Position numbers and translations under genes: made by a program. Shown piece by piece: positions 63,901-64,000 of a stretch of DNA of 64,000 bases. Origin of the DNA: Marsupella aquatica (Eukaryota > Plantae > Marchantiophyta); contig OZ316892.1 in the NCBI GenBank assembly GCA_973895155.1, forward strand, positions 3,847,223 to 3,911,222, read 5' to 3'. Each line of letters begins with the position of its first letter. Position 1 is the stretch's first letter. The notes under the pieces are model-generated. The model worked only from the letters and a program-made list of their open reading frames with translations, searched no databases and was not told where the DNA came from.

Positions 63901-64000
63901 TCAGTACGAATCTTACAGAAGATCATGCCAAGACTACTATGGGCCCTACGCTTTTATAAATGTAAGGGACGGAGAAGAAGAACGAGGCAGAACTGGAAAA
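60945..64000 (+). CDS. SEN1/UPF1-like helicase, copy 3 (more diverged; 3' part outside the window)
   Basis: Exons ~60945-61100, 61359-61938, 62175-62358, 62480-63459, 63740->64000 with the same intron positions; motifs GPPG|TGKT, VDEAGQ, LVGDPNQL, QYRMHPEI. No stop or frameshift seen. Confidence 0.88.

Overview
Eukaryotic land-plant nuclear DNA (spliced genes, plant TE lineages; species not determinable from sequence). The backbone is a tandem array of three plant SEN1/UPF1-like (DNA2/NAM7-type, SF1B) helicase genes on the + strand. Copy 1 (1941-7568) appears intact, copy 2 (50318-55695) is frameshifted, and copy 3 (60945->64000) runs off the window. Each of the two complete units ends with a convergent, divergent U1 snRNA gene (8612-8771 and 57518-57677) with its own TATA and USE-like promoter; the ORF track does not show these. 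The spacer between units 1 and 2 was expanded by a Helitron (10040-18463) and a Bianca-type Ty1/copia element (20270-45619; 108-bp identical LTRs, CTTAT TSD). An 18.8-kb CACTA element (22994-41783, TAG TSD) is inserted in the copia protease. Besides TnpA/TnpD, this CACTA carries co-oriented, uninterrupted extra ORFs: a tandem Pol-lambda-like BRCT protein, an intronless EDM2-type PHD-finger cassette and a Cys-rich ORF. It also has a GW/WG-rich segment in the TnpA-like gene and a decayed RPL18a fragment. The best candidates for new biology are this putative chromatin/repair-manipulating CACTA cargo and the helicase + variant-U1 repeat unit. Domain calls come from recognising motifs by eye, not from database searches.
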